Below are positions 1 through 9,297 of a DNA stretch of 64,000 nt, in pieces. This stretch comes from an uncultured Clostridia bacterium. Its GTDB lineage: Bacteria; Bacillota; Clostridia; Christensenellales; UBA1242. Under the pieces are notes generated by a model. That model was not told where the DNA came from, made no database searches, and worked only from the letters and a program-made list of their open reading frames with translations. A program made the position numbers and the translations under genes. Each line of letters begins with the position of its first letter. Position 1 is the stretch's first letter. The DNA lies in the NCBI GenBank assembly GCA_934777435.1, contig CAKVNK010000002.1:27005-91004 (forward strand). The letters run 5' to 3'.

Positions 1-27
1 AACAACTTTAAAGGAAGGAGTTTTTAT

Positions 28-570
28 ATGGCAAAATCAACAAAACCAGTTTGGATATTGTGCCCAAGGTGTGAATTAAATTACATTAAAAAATCAGACC
101 AATATTGTGATGTTTGTAAAAAAGAAATGAAGTTGATTAAATCAACTGATGACGATATAGGCGATTTGGAACTCTGCCCAATTTGTAAAATCAACTTTGT
201 GCAAAGCGACCAAGAAATTTGCGACAGTTGCAAACAAGAACTTGGCATGAACGTTGATGAAGAACAAGAAAACAAGGAAATTTCAGATTGGCATAAATAT
301 ATTGCGGACGATGATGACGAAGAAGACGAAGATGAAGACGAAAACGAATTGACCGACAATATTTACAACCAAGACGAAATGGAAGACACTTCTGGCATGG
401 TTGAAGACTTTGAATTTGGTGATGATACCGACAAAGATGACGACGAAGAAGAAGACGAAGATGAAGACCTTGATCTCGACATGATAGATGATGATGACGA
501 TGACGATGATGACGACGACGATGACGATGACGACGACGGCAAACCATCTGACGATGACGAAGATTTTTAA
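28..570 (+). CDS. Hypothetical double zinc-ribbon protein with extremely acidic C-terminal tail
   Basis: SD AAGGAAGGAG (11-20) lies 7 nt before the ATG. The N-terminus has two CxxC..CxxC pairs (CPRC..CDVC, CPIC..CDSC). The C-terminal ~100 aa is almost entirely D/E, including 17 consecutive Asp codons (487-537). No family recognised. Confidence 0.7.
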   Translation: MAKSTKPVWILCPRCELNYIKKSDQYCDVCKKEMKLIKSTDDDIGDLELCPICKINFVQSDQEICDSCKQELGMNVDEEQENKEISDWHKYIADDDDEEDEDEDENELTDNIYNQDEMEDTSGMVEDFEFGDDTDKDDDEEEDEDEDLDLDMIDDDDDDDDDDDDDDDDDGKPSDDDEDF

Positions 571-669
571 ACCCTTTAACCAAAATGCTGGTTTCTTAAA
601 TCCCGCCACTTAAAAATCAGCAGAATTTAAACTGTATGTCTTTTAAAAATGTTGCTTTAAATAGATATA

Positions 670-699
670 AAAAACTCATCAGTTGTGGTGAGTTTTTTT
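670..699 (+). terminator. Intrinsic terminator
   Basis: Hairpin ACTCATC/GGTGAGT (one G-U pair) followed by a T-run, preceded by an A-run. Confidence 0.6.
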
Positions 700-780
700 G
701 ATGTAATTTGTCTATCTTTGTAAGGTGTGATTATTTTTTAACCGCAAGCAAAAAATAGTTTGGGGTGGATTATGAAAAAG

Positions 781-1020
781 ATGCCAAACACAGTGGATAA
801 TATCAAACAAAAAATTTTAGCATTGAAGGGCAAAGAAGTTAAATTAGATGTTAACCGTGGCAGACGTAAAGTTAGCAGTTATCGTGCCGTGGTGGAAGAT
901 GTTTACAACAGCGTTTTTACAGTTAAATCTTTGATGGATATAAATTCAATAATCACATATTCATATAACGATATTCTTTGCGGTGAAGTTAAAATTTCAA
1001 ACAGTGAAAGTGTGATATAG
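781..1020 (+). CDS. veg: Veg (DUF1021) biofilm/sporulation-associated small protein
   Basis: MPNTVDNIKQKI..GRRK..YNSVFTV..ITYSYNDIL matches the Veg pattern (L..IK...GRRK...Y.SVF....SYSY.DIL). GGGGTGG at 763-769 is better spaced for ATG 781 than for the ORF-track start at 760 or the ATG at 772. Confidence 0.8.
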   Translation: MPNTVDNIKQKILALKGKEVKLDVNRGRRKVSSYRAVVEDVYNSVFTVKSLMDINSIITYSYNDILCGEVKISNSESVI

Positions 1021-1052
1021 TTAATTATTTAACCATTTTCACTGGCAGTATT

Positions 1053-1075
1053 GGGGCATATTTTTGCCCTTTTTT
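1053..1075 (+). terminator. Intrinsic terminator after veg
   Basis: GGGCA-TATTTTT-TGCCC hairpin followed by T6. Confidence 0.6.
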
Positions 1076-1110
1076 GTTGCTTAATTGCTTTCTGCGGTTT
1101 GGCTTTTTGT

Positions 1111-1140
1111 TTGACAAATTGTGCCTATGTTTTTTATAAT
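1111..1140 (+). promoter_or_regulatory. Sigma-A-like promoter for hisS
   Basis: TTGACA (1111-1116), 18-nt spacer, TATAAT (1135-1140). It lies inside the ORF-track N-terminal extension, which argues for the ATG 1160 start. No T-box is present. Confidence 0.6.
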
Positions 1141-1159
1141 AAGGTATACAGGAGATATT

Positions 1160-2410
1160 ATGAAAAACTTTAACCCTATCAGGGGTACAAACGACTATAT
1201 GCCAAGGGACGCAAAGGTGCGTGAGGCAGTTAAGGAGAAGATTTTAAGCAGTTATCAAAGCAATGGATACAACCTTATTCAAACCCCTATTTTAGAGAGT
1301 TTAGATTTTTTGGATAACAGTGATGGTGGCGACAATTTAAAACTTATTTTTAGAACAATCAAACGTGGCGATAAGTTAGATTTAACCAAACCAAATTTAA
1401 CTGTTAAAGACATTGCAGAAGAAGGTTTAAGGTATGATTTAACCGTTCCACTTGCAAGGTTTTATGCCAACAATCGTGAAAAATTGCCAACACCTTTTAA
1501 AGCAATTCAAATTGACTATTCCTTCCGTGCGGAACGTCCACAACGTGGCAGAGATCGTCAATTTATTCAATGCGATATTGATGTGTTTGGTGATAAGTCT
1601 ATTTTGGCTGAACTTGAACTTATGAAGACCAGCATAGACACTTACAACTTGATTGGCTTTGACGATTTAACAGTTAAAATCAACGATAGGCGTATTTTAA
1701 ATGCTATTGTGCTTAATGCAGGTTTTGAACCAGAACAAATTAACACAGTGTGTGTAACCCTTGATAAAATTGACAAAATCTCACTCAATGGCGTGATGAT
1801 GGAGTTGATTGAAAAAGGTTTTGATATTGCAAAAATCAACACATTAGTGGATAGCCTTAATGATGTGCTTGAAAATGGCATTGATGCAACAATCAAATAT
1901 GGTGCACCACAAAATATCATTGATGATGTGAAATACCTTATCAGCAGTTTGACCGCAATGGTAAAACCAACTGTAAAAATCTTGTTTGATATTTCAATCG
2001 TGCGTGGTCAAGGTTATTACACAGGCACAGTGTTTGAATATTACACAAACGGCTTTGGCGGAGCAATCGGTGGTGGTGGCAGGTATGACACCATGATTGG
2101 CAAAATCACAGGTCAAGATGTGCCAGCAGTTGGTGGCAGTATCGGTTTTGAACCAGTAACAATGCTTATTAAAGAACGTGGTTTAACCTTTGATATGAAG
2201 CAAAATTTGGCGTTGGTTTATGACAATGATGACAATATTGTTGAAGTTTTCAACACCAAAAAAGCATTAACTGAAAAATATAATGTTTCATTGTTTTTAC
2301 GCCCTAAAAATATGAAAGCATTTTATGAAAAAGTTGTTGAAGTGGCAGACCTTTTAACAACCTTTAAAGATATTAAACTTGGCAATGAAATTAAGGTTTT
2401 AGACAAATAA
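1160..2410 (+). CDS. hisS: Histidine--tRNA ligase (class II, HisS-family; divergent LRYDLTVPLAR variant)
   Basis: SD AGGAG lies 6 nt upstream. Motif 2 FRAERPQRGRDRQFIQCDIDVFG, His boxes RGQGYYTG and GGGGRYD, and a C-terminal ~80-aa anticodon-binding-like domain. 416 aa. Confidence 0.75.
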   Translation: MKNFNPIRGTNDYMPRDAKVREAVKEKILSSYQSNGYNLIQTPILESLDFLDNSDGGDNLKLIFRTIKRGDKLDLTKPNLTVKDIAEEGLRYDLTVPLARFYANNREKLPTPFKAIQIDYSFRAERPQRGRDRQFIQCDIDVFGDKSILAELELMKTSIDTYNLIGFDDLTVKINDRRILNAIVLNAGFEPEQINTVCVTLDKIDKISLNGVMMELIEKGFDIAKINTLVDSLNDVLENGIDATIKYGAPQNIIDDVKYLISSLTAMVKPTVKILFDISIVRGQGYYTGTVFEYYTNGFGGAIGGGGRYDTMIGKITGQDVPAVGGSIGFEPVTMLIKERGLTFDMKQNLALVYDNDDNIVEVFNTKKALTEKYNVSLFLRPKNMKAFYEKVVEVADLLTTFKDIKLGNEIKVLDK

Positions 2411-2428
2411 GGCCTTGATTGTTATAAT
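2399..2428 (+). promoter_or_regulatory. Sigma-A-like promoter (extended -10) for the hydrogenase/HD operon
   Basis: TTAGAC (2399-2404), 18-nt spacer, TGtTATAAT (2420-2428). It overlaps the hisS stop. Confidence 0.45.
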
Positions 2429-2558
2429 CAAAAACCATGTTACGCTTTTAAGGGAATAAACAAATAAAAAATAATTTTGTGTTAACATTTAATGTTAGCA
2501 CAAGGTTAAACTGCTAGACAAAATAAAGAAAAACACAACAAAAGATAAGGAGCAAAAT

Positions 2559-3866
2559 TTGGATAAATATGCTGAAATACGTGTGCCAATCGCACATAAC
2601 AACCCAAGCATAAAACGTAAAGAAAACAAATGCGTGCTTTGCGGTAAATGTAAAGATGTTTGCAAAAAACAGGTTGGTGTGGCTGGTTATTGGCAATATG
2701 ATAGCAACGACATTGTGTGCATAAACTGTGGGCAATGTGCTAATTTTTGCCCTGTTCAAGCAATAGTGGAGCAAGACGAAACAAATGAACTTATGACGGC
2801 AATCAACAATCCGCAAAAAAAAGTTGCCGTTATGGTTGCCCCTGCTGTGCGTGTCAGTTTGGGTGAAATGTTTGGAATTCCTGCTGGCAAAATTGTTGCC
2901 GGCAAGGTTGTTTCGGCACTTAAAAATCTTGGGGTAGACTACGTGTTTGATGTGGCTTTTGGTGCTGACTTAACAGTTATGGAAGAAGCAACCGAACTTT
3001 TAAATCGTAAAAAACACAATTCAGATTTACCACAATTTACAAGTTGTTGCCCGGCATGGGTAAGGTTTGTTAAAACTTTTTATCCAGATTTAGTGCCAAA
3101 TCTTTCAACTTGCAAAAGCCCTATTGCAATGCAATCAAGTGTAATCAAAAGCATATTCGCAAAACAGGCAGGCATTAAGCCAGCTGATTTAGTCGTTGTG
3201 GCAGCAGTGCCATGTGTTGCCAAAAAGGCAGAAGCAAAATTGTTGTGCTTGCATGGTGAATATGGCAGAGAAACTGATGTGGTTGTATCGGTTAGAGAAC
3301 TTGCAAATCTTATCAAATCACAAAACATAGATTTTGCAAATTTAAATAATAGCGAGTTTGATAAACCTTTCTCACTAGGTACTGGCTCTGGCGTTATGTT
3401 TGGGGCTTCTGGCGGAGTTATGCAAGCCACGGTTAGAACTGCATATTATTTAAAAACCAACCAAAACCCACCGGCAGATTTAATACAATTAAAACCAATG
3501 CGTGGATATGCGGGCGTAAAAACTGCAACTGTTCAGTTGGGGGACGAAACTTTTAACCTGTGTGCAATATACGGCACAGCCAATGCTAGAAAAGTGTTGG
3601 ATAAATTAAATAAATTCAATTTCGATTTTGTTGAAGTTATGGCTTGTCCAAATGGTTGTGTTGGCGGTGGTGGACAACCAAGGCAAGAAGATAATGTTAA
3701 AGCCACACAACATCGTGCGTCTGGCTTGTTTGGTTATGATAATAAAGCAGAGTTAAAATGCAGTTATCAAAATCCGCAAGTTCAAGCGGTTTATAAAAAA
3801 TATCTTGGCAAACCAAACAGCAAAAAAGCACAAGTTTTATTACATGTCAATCATATGGCAAAATAG
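2559..3866 (+). CDS. [FeFe]-hydrogenase (2x[4Fe-4S] ferredoxin domain plus H-cluster domain)
   Basis: TTG start 6 nt after AAGGAG. Two CxxCxxCxxxC motifs (CVLCGKCKDVC, CINCGQCANFCP). H-cluster signatures TSCCPAWV, VPCVAKKAE and MACPNGCVGGGGQP. Confidence 0.9.
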   Translation: MDKYAEIRVPIAHNNPSIKRKENKCVLCGKCKDVCKKQVGVAGYWQYDSNDIVCINCGQCANFCPVQAIVEQDETNELMTAINNPQKKVAVMVAPAVRVSLGEMFGIPAGKIVAGKVVSALKNLGVDYVFDVAFGADLTVMEEATELLNRKKHNSDLPQFTSCCPAWVRFVKTFYPDLVPNLSTCKSPIAMQSSVIKSIFAKQAGIKPADLVVVAAVPCVAKKAEAKLLCLHGEYGRETDVVVSVRELANLIKSQNIDFANLNNSEFDKPFSLGTGSGVMFGASGGVMQATVRTAYYLKTNQNPPADLIQLKPMRGYAGVKTATVQLGDETFNLCAIYGTANARKVLDKLNKFNFDFVEVMACPNGCVGGGGQPRQEDNVKATQHRASGLFGYDNKAELKCSYQNPQVQAVYKKYLGKPNSKKAQVLLHVNHMAK

Positions 3867-3884
3867 CAAAGTTTAGGAGAAATT

Positions 3885-4490
3885 ATGGATAAATCAATCG
3901 AGCAAATTAAAAAAGAATACATAGACATTTTTAAAGCAAATATCAAACGTGAAGGTGCAGATAAATTGTTAGATTATCTTATCAATGGTTGTGATTTCTT
4001 TTTAACACCAGCGTCCGCACGCAGGCATAGCAACTTTGACGGCGGTTTGGCTTATCACTCAATGATGGTTTACAATCGTTTTAAAAAGAATATTCAAAAC
4101 GAGTATGGCGAAAACTATGCCGAAAAACTTTCAGACGAAAGCATTGCAATTATTGCTTTGTTGCACGATATATGTAAGGTTGGTAGTTATGTTAAAGACC
4201 TTAAAAATCAAAAAATAAACGGACAATGGGTGCAGGTTCCGTATTATGCACACAATCAAAACAACAATTTACCATTTGGACATGGTGAAAAGTCAGTTTA
4301 TATGATAAGCAGTTTTATTCACCTTACTCGTGAAGAAGCCGTTTGTATCAACTGGCATATGGGCGGATTTGACCCACGTGCACAACAAGGTGATGATTTA
4401 ACACAAGCATTTTTGCAATATCCAAACGCTTTGCTTTTCCATATTTCGGACTATGAAGCAACCTATATTGACGAAGAAATTATAAAATAA
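3885..4490 (+). CDS. HD-domain phosphohydrolase
   Basis: SD TAGGAGA. H..HD motif (AYHS..LLHDICKV). 18 nt downstream of the hydrogenase gene, so probably co-transcribed. Confidence 0.7.
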   Translation: MDKSIEQIKKEYIDIFKANIKREGADKLLDYLINGCDFFLTPASARRHSNFDGGLAYHSMMVYNRFKKNIQNEYGENYAEKLSDESIAIIALLHDICKVGSYVKDLKNQKINGQWVQVPYYAHNQNNNLPFGHGEKSVYMISSFIHLTREEAVCINWHMGGFDPRAQQGDDLTQAFLQYPNALLFHISDYEATYIDEEIIK

Positions 4491-4554
4491 AATACTTATT
4501 TTCTCTTAATTGTTTTTATTAAATAAAGATTAAAAAACACATTGTGACAATACC

Positions 4555-4587
4555 AAAAAAGTTTAGCAGTTCGCTAGACTTTTTTGT
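4555..4587 (+). terminator. Intrinsic terminator
   Basis: A-run, hairpin GTTTAGC/GCTAGAC (one G-U pair), then T7. Confidence 0.65.
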
Positions 4588-4663
4588 TTTAATTTATTTA
4601 GTTTATCATATTTCAGACTTAACATTTTTTTATGTTTTGGCATAAAAAATGCAAGGAGATTTT

Positions 4664-5719
4664 ATGGCAAATGCAAGTGATTTTTTGATTGGAGCAAATG
4701 ATGAACATGGTTTAAATCCGCCTACTGTGGGCAAACGTACGCCTATTATGCCTTATATCAATCGCAGTTTTTATGAAAATGAATTTAATAAGCAGGCTAA
4801 ATTGCAGTTTATTTTAGCATGTTTAAGGTGCGGTTTTAGGGTTTATGATGTTCACCCAGAAGTGCAAGATATATCCGTTTCAAATAGAGTTGTAAGGACA
4901 AATCGTGCTGGGGTGAGTTTGGTTGTGACCTTTGCTTACAATGCTTCCGGCACTGGCACAACTTTTAACAGTGCACAAGGGGTGGAAGTTTATTATAGCC
5001 CATATAACATTTATTCAAATCAAAGCAGAGTGTTAAGCCAAAACGTGTATAACAAAGTTTTGCAATTTACCGGCAGACCTGGTAGAAAAATTGGCACATT
5101 GTCGGTTGGTATGCTTTCAAATGTGCGTTGCCCAGCAACTTTGATTGAAGCAGGGTTTATGACAAATTTTACAGAAGCAAAACTTATGCTTAACCCTACT
5201 TTTGTTTTAAATGTTGGTGAAGGTGCTTGTGCTGGCGTTTGTGAATATTTAGATGTGCCATATGTTGAACGTACACTTTCAGCATATCCAGTTTTAAGGC
5301 AGGGTAGCCGTGGCAATTTTGTTGTGGCATTACAGTATCTGATGAATATGTATGGTTTCAATCTGTCAACTGACGGTATTTTTGGTGCTGGCACAATGCG
5401 TGCTGTGAAACAATTTCAAACCAACAACAATCTTACTGCAGACGGAATTGTGGGGCGAAACACTTGGCAAGCATTGCTTAACACCAACTCGTCAAGTCAG
5501 GTTTTATGCCGTGGCAGCAGAACAAGTGCGGTTTTGTATTTGCAAAAGTTTTTGCTTGCTTATCTTTATCCTATCACTAATTTAGACGGCATTTTTGGTG
5601 CGGAAACTGAACGTGCGGTAAGGGCCTTTCAATCAGAAAATGGGTTAACTGCTGATGGAGTAGTTGGCCCGGCAACTTGGCGTGCCTTATTTAACAGTGC
5701 TGGCAGACCACAAACTTAA
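4664..5719 (+). CDS. N-acetylmuramoyl-L-alanine amidase-like (Amidase_3 fold) with two PG_binding_1 domains
   Basis: SD AAGGAG (4653-4658) favours ATG 4664. It aligns by eye to Amidase_3 (DEHG, YENEF, GVEVYYS, TLIEAGF). Two C-terminal repeats look like LTADGI(V)G..TW.AL. No signal peptide. Confidence 0.75.
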   Translation: MANASDFLIGANDEHGLNPPTVGKRTPIMPYINRSFYENEFNKQAKLQFILACLRCGFRVYDVHPEVQDISVSNRVVRTNRAGVSLVVTFAYNASGTGTTFNSAQGVEVYYSPYNIYSNQSRVLSQNVYNKVLQFTGRPGRKIGTLSVGMLSNVRCPATLIEAGFMTNFTEAKLMLNPTFVLNVGEGACAGVCEYLDVPYVERTLSAYPVLRQGSRGNFVVALQYLMNMYGFNLSTDGIFGAGTMRAVKQFQTNNNLTADGIVGRNTWQALLNTNSSSQVLCRGSRTSAVLYLQKFLLAYLYPITNLDGIFGAETERAVRAFQSENGLTADGVVGPATWRALFNSAGRPQT

Positions 5720-5855
5720 AGTATTATTTTTATTAAACTTAAAAACAAATAAAATTGTTTTAACTGTTTTAACAAATTAGGTGAATAATTTTAACAGAAT
5801 ATCTAAACGGTTTTAACTGGGCACAAAACATTTTTTACAAAATGTAATTAAAAAT

Positions 5856-5887
5856 TGCAAAATGTGTGCGTGTTTTGCAGTTTTTTT
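5856..5887 (+). terminator. Terminator-like hairpin between the amidase gene and spoIIR
   Basis: TGCAAAA-N10-TTTTGCA followed by G and T7. It lies 26 nt before the spoIIR ATG. Confidence 0.45.
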
Positions 5888-5912
5888 AATCTGTTTGGTT
5901 AACCATTTAGAT

Positions 5913-6440
5913 ATGAAAAAAATTATAGTTTGTGTTATGGCTGTTGTGGCTGTGATATGTGTTGCACTAAATTTGCCAACTGAAAAACAAGTTGATTATG
6001 ACTATTTACGTATACATATCCGTGCAAACAGCAACAGCACAATAGACCAAAATGTTAAAATCAAAGTTAAAGACAATGTTGTGGCGTATCTCACACCAAA
6101 ACTTTGTGATGTGCAAACAAAACAACAAGCGGTTGATATTGTGGTAAAGGAAAGAGAAAATGTCATGCTCATTGTGGCTAACACATTAAAGGCAAATGGG
6201 CTTGAATATGGTGCAAATGTAAAATTAACAAATGAATATTTCCCAACACGAACATATGTTAACACTACTTTGGAGTCTGGCTATTATGACGCTGTGGTTG
6301 TGGAATTGGGTGACGCAGTTGGTGATAACTGGTGGTGTGTTATGTATCCGCCACTTTGCTTTGCAACCCAAAACAACACAAACAAGGTTAAATTTAAATC
6401 TCGTTTTGTGCAGTGGTTTAAAAATTTGTTTAAAGGCTAA
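5913..6440 (+). CDS. spoIIR: Stage II sporulation protein R
   Basis: Signal peptide MKKIIVCVMAVVAVICVAL. LRIHIRANSNS..DQ..K.KV.D motif and C-terminal GDNWWCVMYPPLCF signature. The ORF-track start at 5862 adds a non-signal extension. Confidence 0.9.
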   Translation: MKKIIVCVMAVVAVICVALNLPTEKQVDYDYLRIHIRANSNSTIDQNVKIKVKDNVVAYLTPKLCDVQTKQQAVDIVVKERENVMLIVANTLKANGLEYGANVKLTNEYFPTRTYVNTTLESGYYDAVVVELGDAVGDNWWCVMYPPLCFATQNNTNKVKFKSRFVQWFKNLFKG

Positions 6441-6585
6441 TAGGTGTCAAACGTAATTCAACTTTTGACGCATAATCAAATTAAGAAATATTGATGAGTA
6501 GCAATAAATTATATTTTGCTGTTGTTATAAATTTGCGTTTATTGGTAAGTATATGTTTGTAACAAACAATGTATAGGGGAGAAAA

Positions 6586-7296
6586 ATGAAAAAGTTTTTA
6601 ATTTTATTTGCAGGCTTAATTTCACTGCTTGCTGGTGTGGTTGGTTCAATATTTGTGAATTTAGAAACCGAAGCCAACAGTAACAAAACTCAAATAGTGG
6701 CATCAACAAGCAATTCTGATTCAGTTTATGCTGTAACTGCAAATATAAAAGAAGTGCAAACAAGGCTTAAAAAGTGGGGGTACTATACCGGCAATGTGGA
6801 CGGAATAAATGGATCTCAAACCATTGCTGCTGTTAAAAGATTTCAAAAAAAATATGGTCTAACACAGGACGGTATTGTGGGCCCTTTAACGGCAAAGAAA
6901 ATGGGTATAACTTTAACTGGCAGTAGCAGTTCTTCCACTTATAACAGCAATGATAGATATTTGCTTGCGAAAGTGATTTATGCAGAAGCACGTGGTGAAA
7001 GTTATACTGGTCAGGTTGCAATCGGCGCGGTTGTGTTGAACAGGGTTAAAGATAGCAGATTTCCAAACACAGTTTCAGGTGTGATTTATCAACCATGGGC
7101 GTTTACTGCTGTTAATGACGGACAAATAAATTTAGAACCAAACCAAAAGGCATACCAAGCCGCAGATGATGCATTAAATGGTTGGGACCCAACTTATGGT
7201 TCTGTGTATTATTACAATCCGCAAACAGCAACAAGCAAATGGATATATTCAACCAAATATGTGACACAAATTGGTAAACATATTTTTGCAGTATAA
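6586..7296 (+). CDS. sleB: Spore cortex-lytic enzyme SleB
   Basis: SD GGGGAGA. Signal peptide, a PG_binding_1 domain (LKKWGYYTGNVDG..VKRFQKKYGLTQDGIVG) and a Hydrolase_2 domain (AEARGESYTGQVAIGAVVLNRV..FPNTV). Confidence 0.92.
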   Translation: MKKFLILFAGLISLLAGVVGSIFVNLETEANSNKTQIVASTSNSDSVYAVTANIKEVQTRLKKWGYYTGNVDGINGSQTIAAVKRFQKKYGLTQDGIVGPLTAKKMGITLTGSSSSSTYNSNDRYLLAKVIYAEARGESYTGQVAIGAVVLNRVKDSRFPNTVSGVIYQPWAFTAVNDGQINLEPNQKAYQAADDALNGWDPTYGSVYYYNPQTATSKWIYSTKYVTQIGKHIFAV

Positions 7297-7587
7297 ATAA
7301 AAATAAACATCTGTTAAAATAATATTTCAAAATAAAAATTAAAAGCAAAAATAATTGATAAAAAATAATTGCTAAAATAATATTAAAAATTTAATAAATA
7401 AAAATTAAAAATATTTAAAAAATACTTAAAAATGGCGATATTTTAATAAAAAATAATAATTTATTTATATTTATATTTTAATTTTGATTAAATTTTATGT
7501 GCCCAACAATAACAATATTTTTAAAATTTATTTAATTCTTAAGTGTTAATTAATTTGTGTTTAAAAAAATATTTTTAGGAAGGTTTT

Positions 7588-9006
7588 ATGGAAAATAAAA
7601 AAGTTAAAAGTGAAGAATTTGAACAAAACAGCAATGTGGAACAAGACAAAGAAACAAAACAAAAAAGCAATGCTCAAAAAGCAATGCCATGGTTTATTGT
7701 TGCTATTGTTGCATTGTTGGTGATTTTAACTTGCACATTGATTGCATATTATCAGGTGTACACAACAAGCAAGAAAAATGCAAATATTTTAGAAGGAGTG
7801 TATGCGTCAAGTTATTATTCTATGGTTGACAATGTTAACAATTTGGCAGTTGATATTTCAAAGTATTCCACACTCACAACAAGGCAAGCAAAATTAAATA
7901 CTTTGCAAGATATGATGGGTGACTGTAATTATGTTTTGGCGGGGTTGAGCGTGTTGCCAATAAGCCATGACAATGTGGTGGCAACCACAAAGTTTTTTAA
8001 CCAAATAAATGGTGTGTGTGAAGCCTATACAAAAGTGCTTAACAAGAATCAAGATTTAACGCAAGAACAAGAATTGCTGTTTGAAAAAATTGCACTTGTT
8101 TTGGCAGAACTTAAAGCAAATTTTAACAAGCAAAATTATGGTATGTATGACACAGGTTTTAACTTTATAGACGCTGGTGTTTTTAATGCTTCTGGTATGA
8201 ACGAATTGACCACAAGCATGGGGCAACTTGGCAGTGAAGAAGTTGAATATCCTTCAATGATTTTTGATGGGCCATTTTCAACTGCACTTGAAACCAAAGA
8301 AGTTAAAGGTTTGCCTAAAAAAGAAATAACACAAGATGAAGCAAAAAAATATTTAAAAGACACCGTATATAGTGGGCAAAAAGTAGAAATTACTTATAAC
8401 CGCACAACAGAAGGAACAATAACAACTTATGATTTTACAATCAAAACCGAAACCAACACAGCCTTTGCACAAGTTAGCAAACGTGGTGGGTTGCTTATAA
8501 GTTTATCGGCATATGCTGAAGGTGGTGACCCTATTTTAAGGGTTGAACAAGCACAAGAAATTGCAAAGAATTTTGTTAACAATATTGGCTTTGAAAATAT
8601 GCGTCCGGTGTGGAGAGAAGAAAAGCAAAATGTGCTTTATGTAAACCTTGCACCAGTGGTAAATGATGTTGTTTATTATCCTGATTTGGTTAAGGTTAAA
8701 GTGAATTTAACCAGCCAAGAAGTGATTGGTGTTGAAGCAACAAATTATGCTTTAAATCATGTTGGAAGAAATCCGCAATTCAACACAAGCATTGACCAAG
8801 CAGAAGACTTGTTGGGCTTTGATTTTGAAATACTTTCCGCACGTAAATCTGTTATCAGGTTAGACTCTGGAATTGAAGTTGCTTGCTATGAACTTTTTGT
8901 TGAACGTATTGATGGCACTTTCTTTTATTATGTTGATGCCAACACAAATCAAATTGCAAAAGTGATGAAGTTGGTAGAAGTTAAGGGTAGCCAAAAGTTA
9001 ATTTAG
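7588..9006 (+). CDS. ypeB: Germination protein YpeB (PepSY-domain, SleB partner)
   Basis: SD AGGAAGG. N-terminal TM segment, YPSMIFDGPFS motif, C-terminal PepSY-like repeats, and conserved position directly downstream of sleB. Confidence 0.85.
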   Translation: MENKKVKSEEFEQNSNVEQDKETKQKSNAQKAMPWFIVAIVALLVILTCTLIAYYQVYTTSKKNANILEGVYASSYYSMVDNVNNLAVDISKYSTLTTRQAKLNTLQDMMGDCNYVLAGLSVLPISHDNVVATTKFFNQINGVCEAYTKVLNKNQDLTQEQELLFEKIALVLAELKANFNKQNYGMYDTGFNFIDAGVFNASGMNELTTSMGQLGSEEVEYPSMIFDGPFSTALETKEVKGLPKKEITQDEAKKYLKDTVYSGQKVEITYNRTTEGTITTYDFTIKTETNTAFAQVSKRGGLLISLSAYAEGGDPILRVEQAQEIAKNFVNNIGFENMRPVWREEKQNVLYVNLAPVVNDVVYYPDLVKVKVNLTSQEVIGVEATNYALNHVGRNPQFNTSIDQAEDLLGFDFEILSARKSVIRLDSGIEVACYELFVERIDGTFFYYVDANTNQIAKVMKLVEVKGSQKLI

Positions 9007-9122
9007 TTTAAATTTAAAATTGAGCGTTAACTGTTTAGAACGGTTGAATAAGCAATCAAAAAGGTTAACCTAAAATTCAATTTAAAAATATTTATAAAAT
9101 AAAAAAATAAAAAATAAAATTA

Positions 9123-9158
9123 AAATATGCAAAAAATTAAATATTTGCATATTTTTTT
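9123..9158 (+). terminator. Intrinsic terminator after ypeB
   Basis: AATATGCAAA-N11-TTTGCATATT, a perfect 10-bp AT-rich stem followed by a T-run. Confidence 0.5.
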
Positions 9159-9297
9159 GATAATTTATAAAAAAATAATTAAAAAATTAAATTAATTAAA
9201 ATTAAATTCAATTTAAATTGTAAAAAATAGGTATTTATTGAGAATTAATATGATTATTAAATATTTATTTTTAGTTTAATTATTAATAATTAAATAT

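Noticed and set aside
81-609. Three antisense or out-of-frame ORFs (81-359, 191-583, 283-609) overlapping the acidic-tail gene
   Set aside because: They are by-products of the GAT/GAC/GAA low-complexity repeat. They translate to poly-Ser, His/Arg or Val/Ile runs, have no SD and overlap a gene with a strong SD.
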